From Gemmatimonadota bacterium (lineage in GTDB: Bacteria; Gemmatimonadota; Gemmatimonadetes; JACCXV01; JAHWKZ01), in assembly GCA_033722155.1 (NCBI GenBank), contig JAWVZN010000003.1:24845-88844 (forward strand): a DNA stretch of 64,000 nt, read 5' to 3'. Positions 27,253 through 36,477 of this stretch are shown in pieces. Within the stretch, counting starts at the first letter, position 1. Every line of letters begins with the position of its first letter. Both the position numbers and the translations under genes were made by a program. The notes under the pieces are model-generated. The model worked only from the letters and a program-made list of their open reading frames with translations. It had not been told where the DNA came from and did not search any database.

Positions 27253-28055
27253 CCTTCGCGTCCTCCGCGGCTCCGCCCGGGATCGGGGCCCGTATCGAGT
27301 CGCTTCACCATCTGGCCGCCGTCCACCACGAGGACCTGTCCGGTGACGTGGGTGAGCCGGGTCGCGAGGGCGACGAAAACCCGAGCGACGTCCTCGGGCT
27401 CGCCGAGCCTGCCCAGGGCGGCGCCCGCCTCCAGCCGCTCGAAGTGTCCCTCCGCCCTGCTCCAGATCCGCTCGGTCCGCGGCGTACGAACGGTCCCCGG
27501 AGCGACCACGTTCACCCGGATCCCCTCCGGGCCGAGCGCAGGCGCCAGCGCGCGCGCCATCCCGATCAGGCCCGCCTTCGCGGCCGAGTAGGCCGGCATG
27601 CCGCAGCCGGTGAGCGCGTTCCACGACGAGGTGAAGGCGATCGACCGATCCTCGCCGCGGCTCTCCCGAAGCCACGGCAGGGCGGCGTGGAGGAGGTGGT
27701 ATTGGGTCTGGAGATTCGCCTCGATCGAGGCGCGGAAGGTTTCGGGGGAGAGGGCCTCGGGATCGTCCTGGGTGGCCGGCTCCTCGGGGAGCGCCCCTCC
27801 CGCCACGCCGACCACGTGGAGGAGCCGCCCCCGTCCCCGCTCCCCCTCGATCGCCTCCGTCACCGGCCCGTACGCCCTCAGGTCCACCACCCGACCCGTG
27901 AAGCGCTCCCGGGCGAGATCCTCCACCGCCGGATCACGGTCGAGGCCCACCACCGCGTACCCCTCCTCGAGGAACGCGCGCACGGTGGCGGCCCCGATGG
28001 CGCCGGCCGCTCCGGAGACGAGAGCCACCTGCGGGCTTTCCCCGAGCTCGCTCAC
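27249..28055 (-). CDS. SDR-family oxidoreductase
   Basis: SGAAGAIG Rossmann motif, YSAAK catalytic motif, VNVVAPG. GTG start in a GTGA overlap at 28052-28055. Confidence 0.8.
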   Translation of the reverse strand: MSELGESPQVALVSGAAGAIGAATVRAFLEEGYAVVGLDRDPAVEDLARERFTGRVVDLRAYGPVTEAIEGERGRGRLLHVVGVAGGALPEEPATQDDPEALSPETFRASIEANLQTQYHLLHAALPWLRESRGEDRSIAFTSSWNALTGCGMPAYSAAKAGLIGMARALAPALGPEGIRVNVVAPGTVRTPRTERIWSRAEGHFERLEAGAALGRLGEPEDVARVFVALATRLTHVTGQVLVVDGGQMVKRLDTGPDPGRSRGGREG

Positions 28056-28855
28056 CGCCGGACCACCCGGTGCATCTCGACCTCCTCGATCGATCGCATC
28101 CAGTCGTCGCGATCGGCGGGGACCCTGCGGTCCTCCTCCCGGATCACCCGGAGGATCGGGCATCGCTTCTTCGACACCTGGTTGAACCATACCCGGCCGA
28201 CCGAGGTCTTCGGCTCGGTGAGCGCCTTCCCCAGGGCCCACGCCTCCACCGCGGCCATCGCCGGTCGGTTCCACTCCCCGCTCAGGACCGCCGCCACCCC
28301 GGCGAGAATCGAGCCCTCGGCGGGTCCGAACAGCTTCGCGGCGAGGCGAACTCCCTCGGGATCGCTCTCCAGGAGGTCGACGACGCCCTTGACCCGGAGC
28401 CCCTCGGGATTCTTCCGACCCCCCGGACGGAGCCCGTTGAAGACGAGCTTGATGACCCCTTCCGAGCCGGGACGGATGCGTCGGAAGCCGCGCTCGTCGA
28501 TCTCGGCCAGCTCCTGGAGGTCGTCGACGTCCATGAGCGTCGCCCCCCGGAAGGTCGCCAGCAGCTTCACGTCGAACTGGACCAGCCACGGCGAGTCGGG
28601 ATCGAGGGCCACGTAATGGGGCCCCTGCGGGACGTGGCGACACACGATCGCCGGCCGGAGGCCGTTCTCGTCGAGCCATTCGAGCCACACCCGCTCGATC
28701 GCCGGCCAATCCTCGGCCGGGGCGAAGGAGTCGACGTCGCCGTGTCCCGTGAGGGCCGATTCCACGTTCTTCCACACCGACCACCGGGGGAACGCCCGGG
28801 TGACCCGCCGCAGCAGCGGGAGCCACAGCTCCGCCCGCTCTCCACTCCGTTTCAC
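28052..28855 (-). CDS. Hypothetical protein of the EPS locus (possible nucleotidyltransferase-fold, HGDVDSF motif)
   Basis: 267 aa with balanced composition and GC3-rich codons. GTG start in a GTGA overlap at 28852-28855. No family recognised with confidence. Confidence 0.5.
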   Translation of the reverse strand: MKRSGERAELWLPLLRRVTRAFPRWSVWKNVESALTGHGDVDSFAPAEDWPAIERVWLEWLDENGLRPAIVCRHVPQGPHYVALDPDSPWLVQFDVKLLATFRGATLMDVDDLQELAEIDERGFRRIRPGSEGVIKLVFNGLRPGGRKNPEGLRVKGVVDLLESDPEGVRLAAKLFGPAEGSILAGVAAVLSGEWNRPAMAAVEAWALGKALTEPKTSVGRVWFNQVSKKRCPILRVIREEDRRVPADRDDWMRSIEEVEMHRVVRR

Positions 28856-29946
28856 AGCAAGCCCTCCACCTGTTCGAGCCAGCGTCCCGTCACCGCGCTC
28901 CACCGGAACTCCTCGCGAATCACCTCCGCCGCCCGCGAGCCGATCTCGGCCGCCTCCTTCCGGCCCGTCGCCCGAATCCCATCCGCCAGCGACCCGGAAT
29001 CGGGTTCCACGAGGATCGCGGCGTCACGGCCCGCAAGGTGGCGGCCGAGCGGGTACGGGGTCACGACCGTGGGGACGCCGACCGAGGCCGCCTCCGCGGG
29101 CGCGTTGCCGAACGCCTCCCACCGGGACGGGTAGACGAAGCCTCTGGCGCGAGCGAGCATGCCGTACTTCACCTCCCCGTAGACGGGATCGCCGATCGAC
29201 ACCCACCGCTCGAGGCCGAGCGAGGCCACCCGCCGCCGGATCTCGTCCTTCCCCCCGATCCGTGCGTCCGGGCCGTGGAGGCGAAGCGGAGGGCGCTCTC
29301 CGGGATCGAGCAGGGCCAGCGCCTCGATCAGCATGTCGATCCCCTTGTGCTCGGGATCGAACCGGCCGTACCACAGCAGGTAGCCGTCGTTGCCCCCGTC
29401 CCACCGGAACTCGTCGCGGATCTCGACCCCGTTGGGTGCCACGACGATGTCCCCGTCGTAGCCGAGCGAGCGGACGTACTCCCGCTGGGAGTCGAAGAAG
29501 ACGTGGATCGCGCGGGCCCCCATCACGAGATTCCGCTCCCACACCCTCCACCAGAGCCGCTTCAGCGGGCGCTTCCGCGCGCGGATCCGCGGATCGTACG
29601 CCCCGCGCGGCTCGAGCAGATACGGGACGTCCACCTTTCTCGCCACCGCTCCCGCCCGGACGTTGTGGAGCACCCAGGCGGAATGGAGCACCATGAGGTC
29701 GGCGTCGGCCAGGCACTCGTCGAGGCCGATCGGCACCTTCCACGGCCAGCCGGCGTGACGGATCGGGACGAGCTCCACCGATCCCGGCGTGGCCGGCGCC
29801 GAGCCCTCATCGTAGGCGATCCGGACGGCGACGTCTGCGGAGGAGAGCTCCAGCGAGTGGTGCCAGACCGAACGGGTGATCCCGCCGTCCCCCACCAGCG
29901 CGCGCGGATAGTACCGGACGATTCGAAGGTCATTCGTGGAATGCAT
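28852..29946 (-). CDS. Glycosyltransferase family 4
   Basis: GFVYPSRWEAFGNAPAEAASVGVPTV (E-x7-E region). ATG at 29946. The ORF-track start at 30510 is an overextension. Confidence 0.85.
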   Translation of the reverse strand: MHSTNDLRIVRYYPRALVGDGGITRSVWHHSLELSSADVAVRIAYDEGSAPATPGSVELVPIRHAGWPWKVPIGLDECLADADLMVLHSAWVLHNVRAGAVARKVDVPYLLEPRGAYDPRIRARKRPLKRLWWRVWERNLVMGARAIHVFFDSQREYVRSLGYDGDIVVAPNGVEIRDEFRWDGGNDGYLLWYGRFDPEHKGIDMLIEALALLDPGERPPLRLHGPDARIGGKDEIRRRVASLGLERWVSIGDPVYGEVKYGMLARARGFVYPSRWEAFGNAPAEAASVGVPTVVTPYPLGRHLAGRDAAILVEPDSGSLADGIRATGRKEAAEIGSRAAEVIREEFRWSAVTGRWLEQVEGLL

Positions 29947-30052
29947 CCCGTCCCCCGATGTAGCGAACGCTTCGCCTCTCGTCCACCGCCGGACCGCCGC
30001 CGGGGCCGGATGCTGGCCGCCGTGGTCCCGAAATTGCAGCTTCGTCCGGGCG

Positions 30053-30802
30053 ATGACGAACCGAGCCTCGCGATCGCGCGTCCTCCTGCTGGCCCTCGGT
30101 CTCGCGATCCCGGCCTGCACTGGTTGCGAGTCCGGCGGCGGGGGGGCAGGCCCCGACCCCTCCCCGGGGGCGGGGTTCGTCCTCTTCCTTGTCGGAGATC
30201 CCGGACACCTCAACGTGTCCGAGCAGGGAATCCGCGACCGCCTCGGACGGCTGGGCCACGAGTTGAGGATCCGCGACGACGACGGCTTCTCCACCTCCGA
30301 CGCCGACGGCTGCTCCCTGGTCGTGATGAGCAAGACCGTCACCTCCACCACGATCGGCGACCGGCTCAAGCCTGTCGGATGCGGGGTCTTCTTCTGGGAG
30401 GACAACCAGCAGAAGTTCGACATGCTGGCGACGATCGACAACGACGGCTCGGGCGGAACCGCCTGGCACGCGGCGGAAGACGACGTGTTCGTCCGCGGGG
30501 ACGCCCCCACGGAGCTCCGCGCCGACCTCGCCGGGGAGCGCCTCTTCTACATCGAGCTCGACGAGATCACCTGGGCCCCTCGGGGAGACCTGATACCGGA
30601 CGCCACCGTCGTCGCCGAGTTCGGCGAGGCCGGCGGCCAGCCGGTCTACTACGTCCTCGACGCCGGCGACCGCCTGGCCGACGGCAGCGACGCGGCGGGA
30701 CGAAGGGTGTACTTCGGGCTCTACGACGACACCTTCCGGCTGCTCACCCCGGAAGGGCTCTCGCTCTTCGACGCCGCCGTCGCTTGGGCGCTCGGCGGCT
30801 GA
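30053..30802 (+). CDS. Hypothetical lipoprotein (opposite strand inside the EPS operon)
   Basis: MTNRASRSRVLLLALGLAIPACTGC lipobox, GC3-rich codons, non-repetitive composition. No family recognised. Confidence 0.55.
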   Translation: MTNRASRSRVLLLALGLAIPACTGCESGGGGAGPDPSPGAGFVLFLVGDPGHLNVSEQGIRDRLGRLGHELRIRDDDGFSTSDADGCSLVVMSKTVTSTTIGDRLKPVGCGVFFWEDNQQKFDMLATIDNDGSGGTAWHAAEDDVFVRGDAPTELRADLAGERLFYIELDEITWAPRGDLIPDATVVAEFGEAGGQPVYYVLDAGDRLADGSDAAGRRVYFGLYDDTFRLLTPEGLSLFDAAVAWALGG

Positions 30803-31410
30803 ACCGCGGCCTTCAGGAAAAAGAGCGTCCAGGCGGCGATCCCGAACAGCTTCAGGCTCTCCTCCGTCCACGTCCGCCAGGCGGCCACCGCCTCGGGCTC
30901 GACCAGGTCGAAAACCTCGGAAAGCCCGAAGAGCACGAGGGCGGCGAAGAGCACGCCCCGGCCGACGGCGCGGACCTGGCCCCGGAACGCCACCGTCCAG
31001 AGGAGCACCAGGATCCCGTACACCGCGAGCGTCGCCTCCTCGGGAACCCCCAGGAAGCGGGGCAGGATCCATTCGTGGACCATGAAGAAATCGTCGACGA
31101 GGAAGATCCCGGTGAGGGTCGCGCCGGCCAGCAGGAAGCGGCCCCGGCTCGTCGCCCCATCGGCGAGGCACCATCCCGTGATCGCCACACCCGCGCATCC
31201 CGCCCACAGGAATACCCCCGCGTTCGAGGCGAAGCCGGTGTAGACGGGGATCTCCGCTGTCGAGAAGAGATCCCGGGTGAACACGGCGACCGGCTCGTCG
31301 AGGGCCCGTGAGAGAAGGGGAAGGGCCAGGACGAGCACCGTCACCGCGAGGGAGAGCGCCCACGCGACCCTCGTCGACGAGCCCCGTCGTTCCCCGGGAT
31401 CGCGGCTCAT
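30721..31410 (-). CDS. Hypothetical integral membrane protein (about 6 TM)
   Basis: 229 aa with hydrophobic helices throughout. ATG in an ATGA overlap with the upstream GT4 stop (31407-31410). The 3' end overlaps the convergent lipoprotein gene. Confidence 0.5.
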   Translation of the reverse strand: MSRDPGERRGSSTRVAWALSLAVTVLVLALPLLSRALDEPVAVFTRDLFSTAEIPVYTGFASNAGVFLWAGCAGVAITGWCLADGATSRGRFLLAGATLTGIFLVDDFFMVHEWILPRFLGVPEEATLAVYGILVLLWTVAFRGQVRAVGRGVLFAALVLFGLSEVFDLVEPEAVAAWRTWTEESLKLFGIAAWTLFFLKAAVQPPSAQATAASKSESPSGVSSRKVSS

Positions 31411-32600
31411 CGGGCCGACGCGGCCGGCTCTCGTCCCGGGGCCTGCTCGAGGAGCTCCGTGTAGACCCCCATCAGCCGCCGGTAGCCCGCATCCCCGGTG
31501 TATCGGGCCTCGTACTCCGCGCGCGCGTGCCGCCGCATGGCCTCGAGCGCCGCGTCGTCCCCCCACAGCTCCTCCACCACCTTCGCCAGCGCCGCGGGGT
31601 CACCGGGCCGGAACCGGACCCCGTTGCGCCCCTCCTCCACCATCTCCACCATCACGCCGAGGTCGCTCGCCACCACGGGGAGACCGATGGCGAAGGCCTC
31701 CAGCACCACCAGGGGCCACCCCTCGTACCACTTCGACGGCACGATCAGCATCCGGGCGCTCCGCATGCTGTCGAGGACCTCCGCCCGTGGGAGCCGACCC
31801 GTCCACTCCACCGCCGGATTCCGATCCGCGGCCGCCTCCACGCGCCACGCCTCCGGCCCATCCCCCACGATCCGGAGGGGAACGCCTTCCATGCGGTCCC
31901 ACGCCGCCAGCAGGGTATCGACCCCCTTCTCCTCGTCGAGGCGTCCGACGAACAGGGCGAACTCGCCCCCGGCCGGCCCCAGCCCGGGGTCCGGCTCGAC
32001 GTGGTTGGGGTGGACGACCATCCGGTCCGGCGGCAATCCTCCCTCGGCGAACAGCTCGCGGGCGAACTCCGACAGGACGAGGTAACGGTCGACCCGGGTG
32101 CGCCAGGTGCCGAGTGCGCGGTGCACGGCGAGCATCGCCGACACCGCGGCCGACGCCGCTCGGCTGTCCCGGTAGCACGCGTGGAGGACGCCGGGCCAGG
32201 GGACGCTCTTGCCGACGCAATCCTCGCACGACGCCCCGTCGCGGAAGAGGCGCGCCATGGGACACACCAGGCGGTAGTTGTGCAGGGTCTGGACCACCGG
32301 GACGCCCTCGGCCCGAACGGCCCCGTACGCGGCCGGAGAGATCAGGGGAAAGGTGTTGTGGAAGTGGACGACGTCCGGGCGCTCGCGGCGGACGACCGAG
32401 CGGATCCGGCGGGCCGCGGTCGGGTTCCACACCGTCGCCCCCGCCGCGACGAGGCTGCTCATCTCCGGGATGCGCCGGTTCTCCTCGGTGAAGCGGACCA
32501 CCGTGTGTCCGCGCGACTCCAGCAGCTCGCCCTCGGCCTCGAACACGACGTCCTCCCCCCCCGGACGGATGTAGCGCTCGTGAACGAGAAGCGCCTTCAT
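31407..32600 (-). CDS. Glycosyltransferase family 4
   Basis: MKALLVHERY..., IVPSKWYEGWPLVVLEAFAIGLPVVASD GT4 signature. ATG in an ATGA overlap at 32597-32600. Confidence 0.85.
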   Translation of the reverse strand: MKALLVHERYIRPGGEDVVFEAEGELLESRGHTVVRFTEENRRIPEMSSLVAAGATVWNPTAARRIRSVVRRERPDVVHFHNTFPLISPAAYGAVRAEGVPVVQTLHNYRLVCPMARLFRDGASCEDCVGKSVPWPGVLHACYRDSRAASAAVSAMLAVHRALGTWRTRVDRYLVLSEFARELFAEGGLPPDRMVVHPNHVEPDPGLGPAGGEFALFVGRLDEEKGVDTLLAAWDRMEGVPLRIVGDGPEAWRVEAAADRNPAVEWTGRLPRAEVLDSMRSARMLIVPSKWYEGWPLVVLEAFAIGLPVVASDLGVMVEMVEEGRNGVRFRPGDPAALAKVVEELWGDDAALEAMRRHARAEYEARYTGDAGYRRLMGVYTELLEQAPGREPAASAR

Positions 32601-34081
32601 CGGTCCCGCTCCCGCTTCTGGACCTCGATGGCGGCGATCCCGAAGCCCACGAGGCTCCAGAGCCAGATCCCGCCCTGGGGTCCTTCCAGGAAGACGTCGA
32701 ACGTCCCGTTGATCAAGAACGCCGCCCATCCCGCCAGGATCCACAGATTCACCCGGGCCCACCACTCCTCGCCCTCTCTCCGCGCGATCCCGTACGCCCG
32801 CAGCAGGCTCGCCGCGAAAACCCCGTGCAGGGCCATCCACAGCAGCAGACCCGGCACCCCCGAGCGCGCCAGGACCGTAAGGTGGCCGTTGTGGGGGCTC
32901 CGGAGCGATTCGTCCCGGGTGACCTGATAGCCGTCGGCGCTGGCGAGGTTCACCCCGTACCCCTTCCCGGTCCAGAAGTGGGGGCCGAAGACGGTGTACT
33001 CCACGATGTCGCCCCACCACCGCTTCCGCCACTCCACCGTCGACCGCAACCCCTCGTTTCCGGCGAGGCCCACGGTGCTCGCTGCGTTCCGGACGAGCTG
33101 GCGCGCCGATACCTCCCGCCCGCCGCCGAGATCCACCTCCACGTCGAGGGCGACGAGCGTCGCCGCCAGCACGAACGCGGGGACGAGGACCCGGAACCAG
33201 CGGAAGGAGGGGCGCAGCAGCAGGATCAACCCCAGCGCGCCGACGGCCGCCACCATCCCGCCCCGGTTCTGGGTGGCGGCCAGGAGGAAGCCGCCGAGCC
33301 ACACCGCCCACCACACCCACTCCAGCCACCCCCGGGAGCGCGAGCGGTCGCTCCCGTAGAGGCCGAGCACCAGGAACGCCCCCGCGACGGCGAGGTGGAC
33401 CGCCAGGTCGCCCGGCTTCACGTCCACCAGGGCCACCGACGAGCCGGGGACCGAGGGCAACAGGGCCGTGGCCCGCTCGCTCAGGACCAGGCCCAGGGGG
33501 CCGAGCACGAGAAGCCACGGCAGGAACCGCCGATAGCCGGACACCGTCCGCTCCATCCAGCCGGTCCGAAGCAACGCCGCCGCCGTGAGGACGGCGAAGA
33601 TCGCGTAGCCCCACAAAACCGCGTCCCGCAGGGCGGACACGCCGTGGGTCTCCAGATACGGGACCGTGCGGAACGCCCCCCACGCCATGTAGGCCGCGAC
33701 GGCCCACGCCACCGGGGATCGAAACGTTCTCGAAAGCCTGCCGCTCACGACCGCCGCGAGCCCCCCCAGACCCAGCACGAGCTCCCCTACGAACACGGGG
33801 GGCGCACCCAGATACGCGAAGCCCCGTCCCATCAGCGCGTAGCCGCCGAGGACGACGCCGAGAACGACCAGAAACCAGCGCGACAGGCGGGTTCGCTCGC
33901 CGAGCCCGGCGGCGAGGAGCACCATCACGACCACCATGCCGGCCGCCAGCAGCGGGGCGAGGAGGACTCCCAGCGCCACCGCGAGCGCGCCCCCGAGGAG
34001 CGCCGCGATCGTCCACGGCTCGACCCGCCGGGACGCCGGGGCATCGCCGAGGAACGGGAGGCTCCGGGTCCACGATCTCAC
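32597..34081 (-). CDS. O-antigen ligase / Wzy-like polysaccharide polymerase
   Basis: 10 or more TM helices, Wzy_C-like region (ATQNRGGMVAAVGALGLILL), and a periplasmic loop with SPHNGHLTVLARSGVPG. GTG in a GTGA overlap at 34078-34081. Confidence 0.75.
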   Translation of the reverse strand: MRSWTRSLPFLGDAPASRRVEPWTIAALLGGALAVALGVLLAPLLAAGMVVVMVLLAAGLGERTRLSRWFLVVLGVVLGGYALMGRGFAYLGAPPVFVGELVLGLGGLAAVVSGRLSRTFRSPVAWAVAAYMAWGAFRTVPYLETHGVSALRDAVLWGYAIFAVLTAAALLRTGWMERTVSGYRRFLPWLLVLGPLGLVLSERATALLPSVPGSSVALVDVKPGDLAVHLAVAGAFLVLGLYGSDRSRSRGWLEWVWWAVWLGGFLLAATQNRGGMVAAVGALGLILLLRPSFRWFRVLVPAFVLAATLVALDVEVDLGGGREVSARQLVRNAASTVGLAGNEGLRSTVEWRKRWWGDIVEYTVFGPHFWTGKGYGVNLASADGYQVTRDESLRSPHNGHLTVLARSGVPGLLLWMALHGVFAASLLRAYGIARREGEEWWARVNLWILAGWAAFLINGTFDVFLEGPQGGIWLWSLVGFGIAAIEVQKRERDR

Positions 34082-34731
34082 GGGGATCCCTCCACCTCGC
34101 CCACGATGGCGCAAACGGTGGACACGACCTCCTGCAGCGGGTGCGCCGCGTTCACGTACCGACCCTCGGGCGCCACCTCCGCCAGGCGGCGGTATTGCTC
34201 CCGCTGGCGGGCGAGCTCGGCGACGCCGACCTCCTGCTTCCGCCGGCGGAGGACCTCCACGGGGGCGTCGAGCACCACGAGGGCGTCGGGCCGCGGAACG
34301 GTGCGCGCCAGGATCTCGACCACCCGCTCCGGGCCGTCGTAGCGGTAGCGGAGGGGATCGACGATCAGGTCGTCGAGATAGCGGTCGAACAGGACGAGCG
34401 CCCCCGCGCGCACCGCCGGCCGCACCACGCCCCAGTAGCCCGTCCAGTAATCCACCCACCACCACGCGAGCGTCGCCGTCGAGGCCATCCCCCCTCGAGG
34501 CGGCTGGGCGTGGGGCGCCGTCACGGGCGAAGACGGCCGATAGCGACGCCCTCCGTGGGGGCGCAGGTGGTAGCGATGCACGTCGGCGAACCGGTCTCCG
34601 ATCTCCCTCTCCACCCCGTCCAGGACGGACGACTTGCCGCTCCCGTCCGGTCCGAGGATGGCGAGCCAGGCACCCCGGCGCGTCCGGCGGGCGGTCCGGC
34701 CCTGCGCTCTCACGCCACGCTCCTCGCTCAT
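34078..34731 (-). CDS. P-loop kinase-fold protein (dTMP-kinase/dNK-like)
   Basis: Walker A ILGPDGSGKSS, and LVLFDRYLDD (DRY-type motif). ATG in an ATGA overlap at 34728-34731. Confidence 0.6.
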   Translation of the reverse strand: MSEERGVRAQGRTARRTRRGAWLAILGPDGSGKSSVLDGVEREIGDRFADVHRYHLRPHGGRRYRPSSPVTAPHAQPPRGGMASTATLAWWWVDYWTGYWGVVRPAVRAGALVLFDRYLDDLIVDPLRYRYDGPERVVEILARTVPRPDALVVLDAPVEVLRRRKQEVGVAELARQREQYRRLAEVAPEGRYVNAAHPLQEVVSTVCAIVGEVEGSP

Positions 34732-35687
34732 CGTTTCGCCTCCATCCGATCGAGGGCGGCGAGAATGCCCCGGGCCAGCCAGGAATCCCGCACGCGGTCC
34801 CGTTTCAGGATCGCCTCGCGCCAGTAGCCGGTCGTCTCCCGGGCGGCCCCGTCCGGTGGCGCGTCGCCGTGGACCGCGGCGCGGGTCGCCAGGTAGAAGA
34901 CCCGGTCGGCGTCTGGCGGGCCCCATCCCGCGCGCTCCCAGTCGAACAGCAGGAGCACCCCGTCGGCGAGGCGCCTCAGGTTCCACGGGGTGAAGTCCCC
35001 GTGCATCGGCCTCCAGTGCGCGGGCGCGTCCGGCGGCCGGGAGAGCGCCGAGAGCCCCGCCTGGACCTCTTCGAGGATCGTGCCCAGCGGCGGATCCGCC
35101 GGCTCCCGGGTGGGCTCGGCGGGGAGTGATCCGGTCAGGATCCAGTGCCAGCCGTCGATCGAGCCCGCGTCGAGGACCTCCGGCACGGCGAACGACCGGG
35201 GATCGTGGCCCCCCATCGCCCGGATCGCCTCTCTCTCGTTCCCGATGGATCGCCCCGCTCCCCCCAGCTTCACGAACCCCACCGGCTCGTCCTGGCGGGA
35301 AAGCAGGGCGGAGAAGCCGGCCCCGACGCTCTCGAAGACCCCCGTGGCCCGAAGGCGTCCGAATCGACGGCTCCACTGCTCCACCAGCTCGGGCCAGAGA
35401 GGACACTCGCGCTCCGGCTCCCACGTCACCTCGCGGCCGGGGAGGACCCCCGTCCCGAAGAGCTCGACCGCCGCCCGCGCCACCCGCTGTCCCCACACCG
35501 CCCGGGCACGGCACGCCGGGTAGAGCGCCAGCGCCGAAAGCGCGGCGCGGCGGGACGACGTCGACAGGAGCAGGTTCCCGCCGAAGGGGGGAAATCGCTT
35601 GTAACGCACGAGGTCACGATAGGGATCGGGGAGCACCGACCGCAACGAAGACTCCGCGGGCTCGATCCGAGCGGCCGGAGCCTTCAT
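34728..35687 (-). CDS. Aminoglycoside/choline-kinase-fold phosphotransferase (APH family)
   Basis: Brenner motif HGDFTPWN followed by LLFDWERAG (metal-binding D). Confidence 0.65.
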   Translation of the reverse strand: MKAPAARIEPAESSLRSVLPDPYRDLVRYKRFPPFGGNLLLSTSSRRAALSALALYPACRARAVWGQRVARAAVELFGTGVLPGREVTWEPERECPLWPELVEQWSRRFGRLRATGVFESVGAGFSALLSRQDEPVGFVKLGGAGRSIGNEREAIRAMGGHDPRSFAVPEVLDAGSIDGWHWILTGSLPAEPTREPADPPLGTILEEVQAGLSALSRPPDAPAHWRPMHGDFTPWNLRRLADGVLLLFDWERAGWGPPDADRVFYLATRAAVHGDAPPDGAARETTGYWREAILKRDRVRDSWLARGILAALDRMEAKR

Positions 35688-35700
35688 CGGCCCGGCTCGC

Positions 35701-36474
35701 TCAGGAGATGGATTCGAGCTCGAAGCTCCGCACGCCGAGCACCTGGAGCAGCACCGACCACACGAACAGCGGGTTGTTCACGCAGTAGCGCCGCCCCAGC
35801 CGGCGCGGCTCGCTCAGCAGCCGGTAGAGCCACTCGAGGCCGGCCCGCTGCATCCATCCCGGCGCCTGCCTCTTGCGGCCGGTGTGAAAGTCGAACGCCG
35901 CTCCCACTCCGATGAGGACCGGGGCGCCGAGACGGCCCACGTGGGCGTCCATCCACCGCTCCTGCTTGGGCGTCCCGAGGCCGACCCACACGATGTCGGG
36001 GTTCGCGGCGTCGATCCGCTCCACCACCGCGGCATCCTCCTCCTCGGTGAGCGGGCGGAACGGGGGGGAGTACGCCCCCGCGATCTCGATTCCCGGAAAT
36101 CGCTCCTCGAGGCGCTCGGTCAGGAGCTCGGGCACCCCCTCGGCGCCGCCGTACAGGAAATGGCGCCACCCCCGCTCCACCGAGCGCTCGCAGCACGCGA
36201 GCATGAGATCCGGCCCGTAGACGCGCTCCACCTCGCGGAATCCCGCCAGGCGGCTCAACCACACCAGCGGCATCCCGTCCGGGGTGACCATTCCGGCGCG
36301 GTTGTGGATCGTGCGGAGCTCGGGGTCGCGCTGGCTCTCCATCACCCCGTGGACTCCGCTGACGCACACGTAGTTGGGCTCGCGCCCGGCGATCCACCCT
36401 TCGATCCTCCGGAGAGCCGCCTCCATGTCGACGGGGCTCACTCCGACACCGAGGACGTTGGCGTGGGCCGTCAT
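35701..36474 (-). CDS. WecB/TagA/CpsF-family glycosyltransferase (GT26)
   Basis: VTPDGMPLVW, FLYGG, VGLGTPKQERW, and GLEWLYRL, which are diagnostic of GT26. Confidence 0.85.
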   Translation of the reverse strand: MTAHANVLGVGVSPVDMEAALRRIEGWIAGREPNYVCVSGVHGVMESQRDPELRTIHNRAGMVTPDGMPLVWLSRLAGFREVERVYGPDLMLACCERSVERGWRHFLYGGAEGVPELLTERLEERFPGIEIAGAYSPPFRPLTEEEDAAVVERIDAANPDIVWVGLGTPKQERWMDAHVGRLGAPVLIGVGAAFDFHTGRKRQAPGWMQRAGLEWLYRLLSEPRRLGRRYCVNNPLFVWSVLLQVLGVRSFELESIS

Positions 36475-36477
36475 CGC

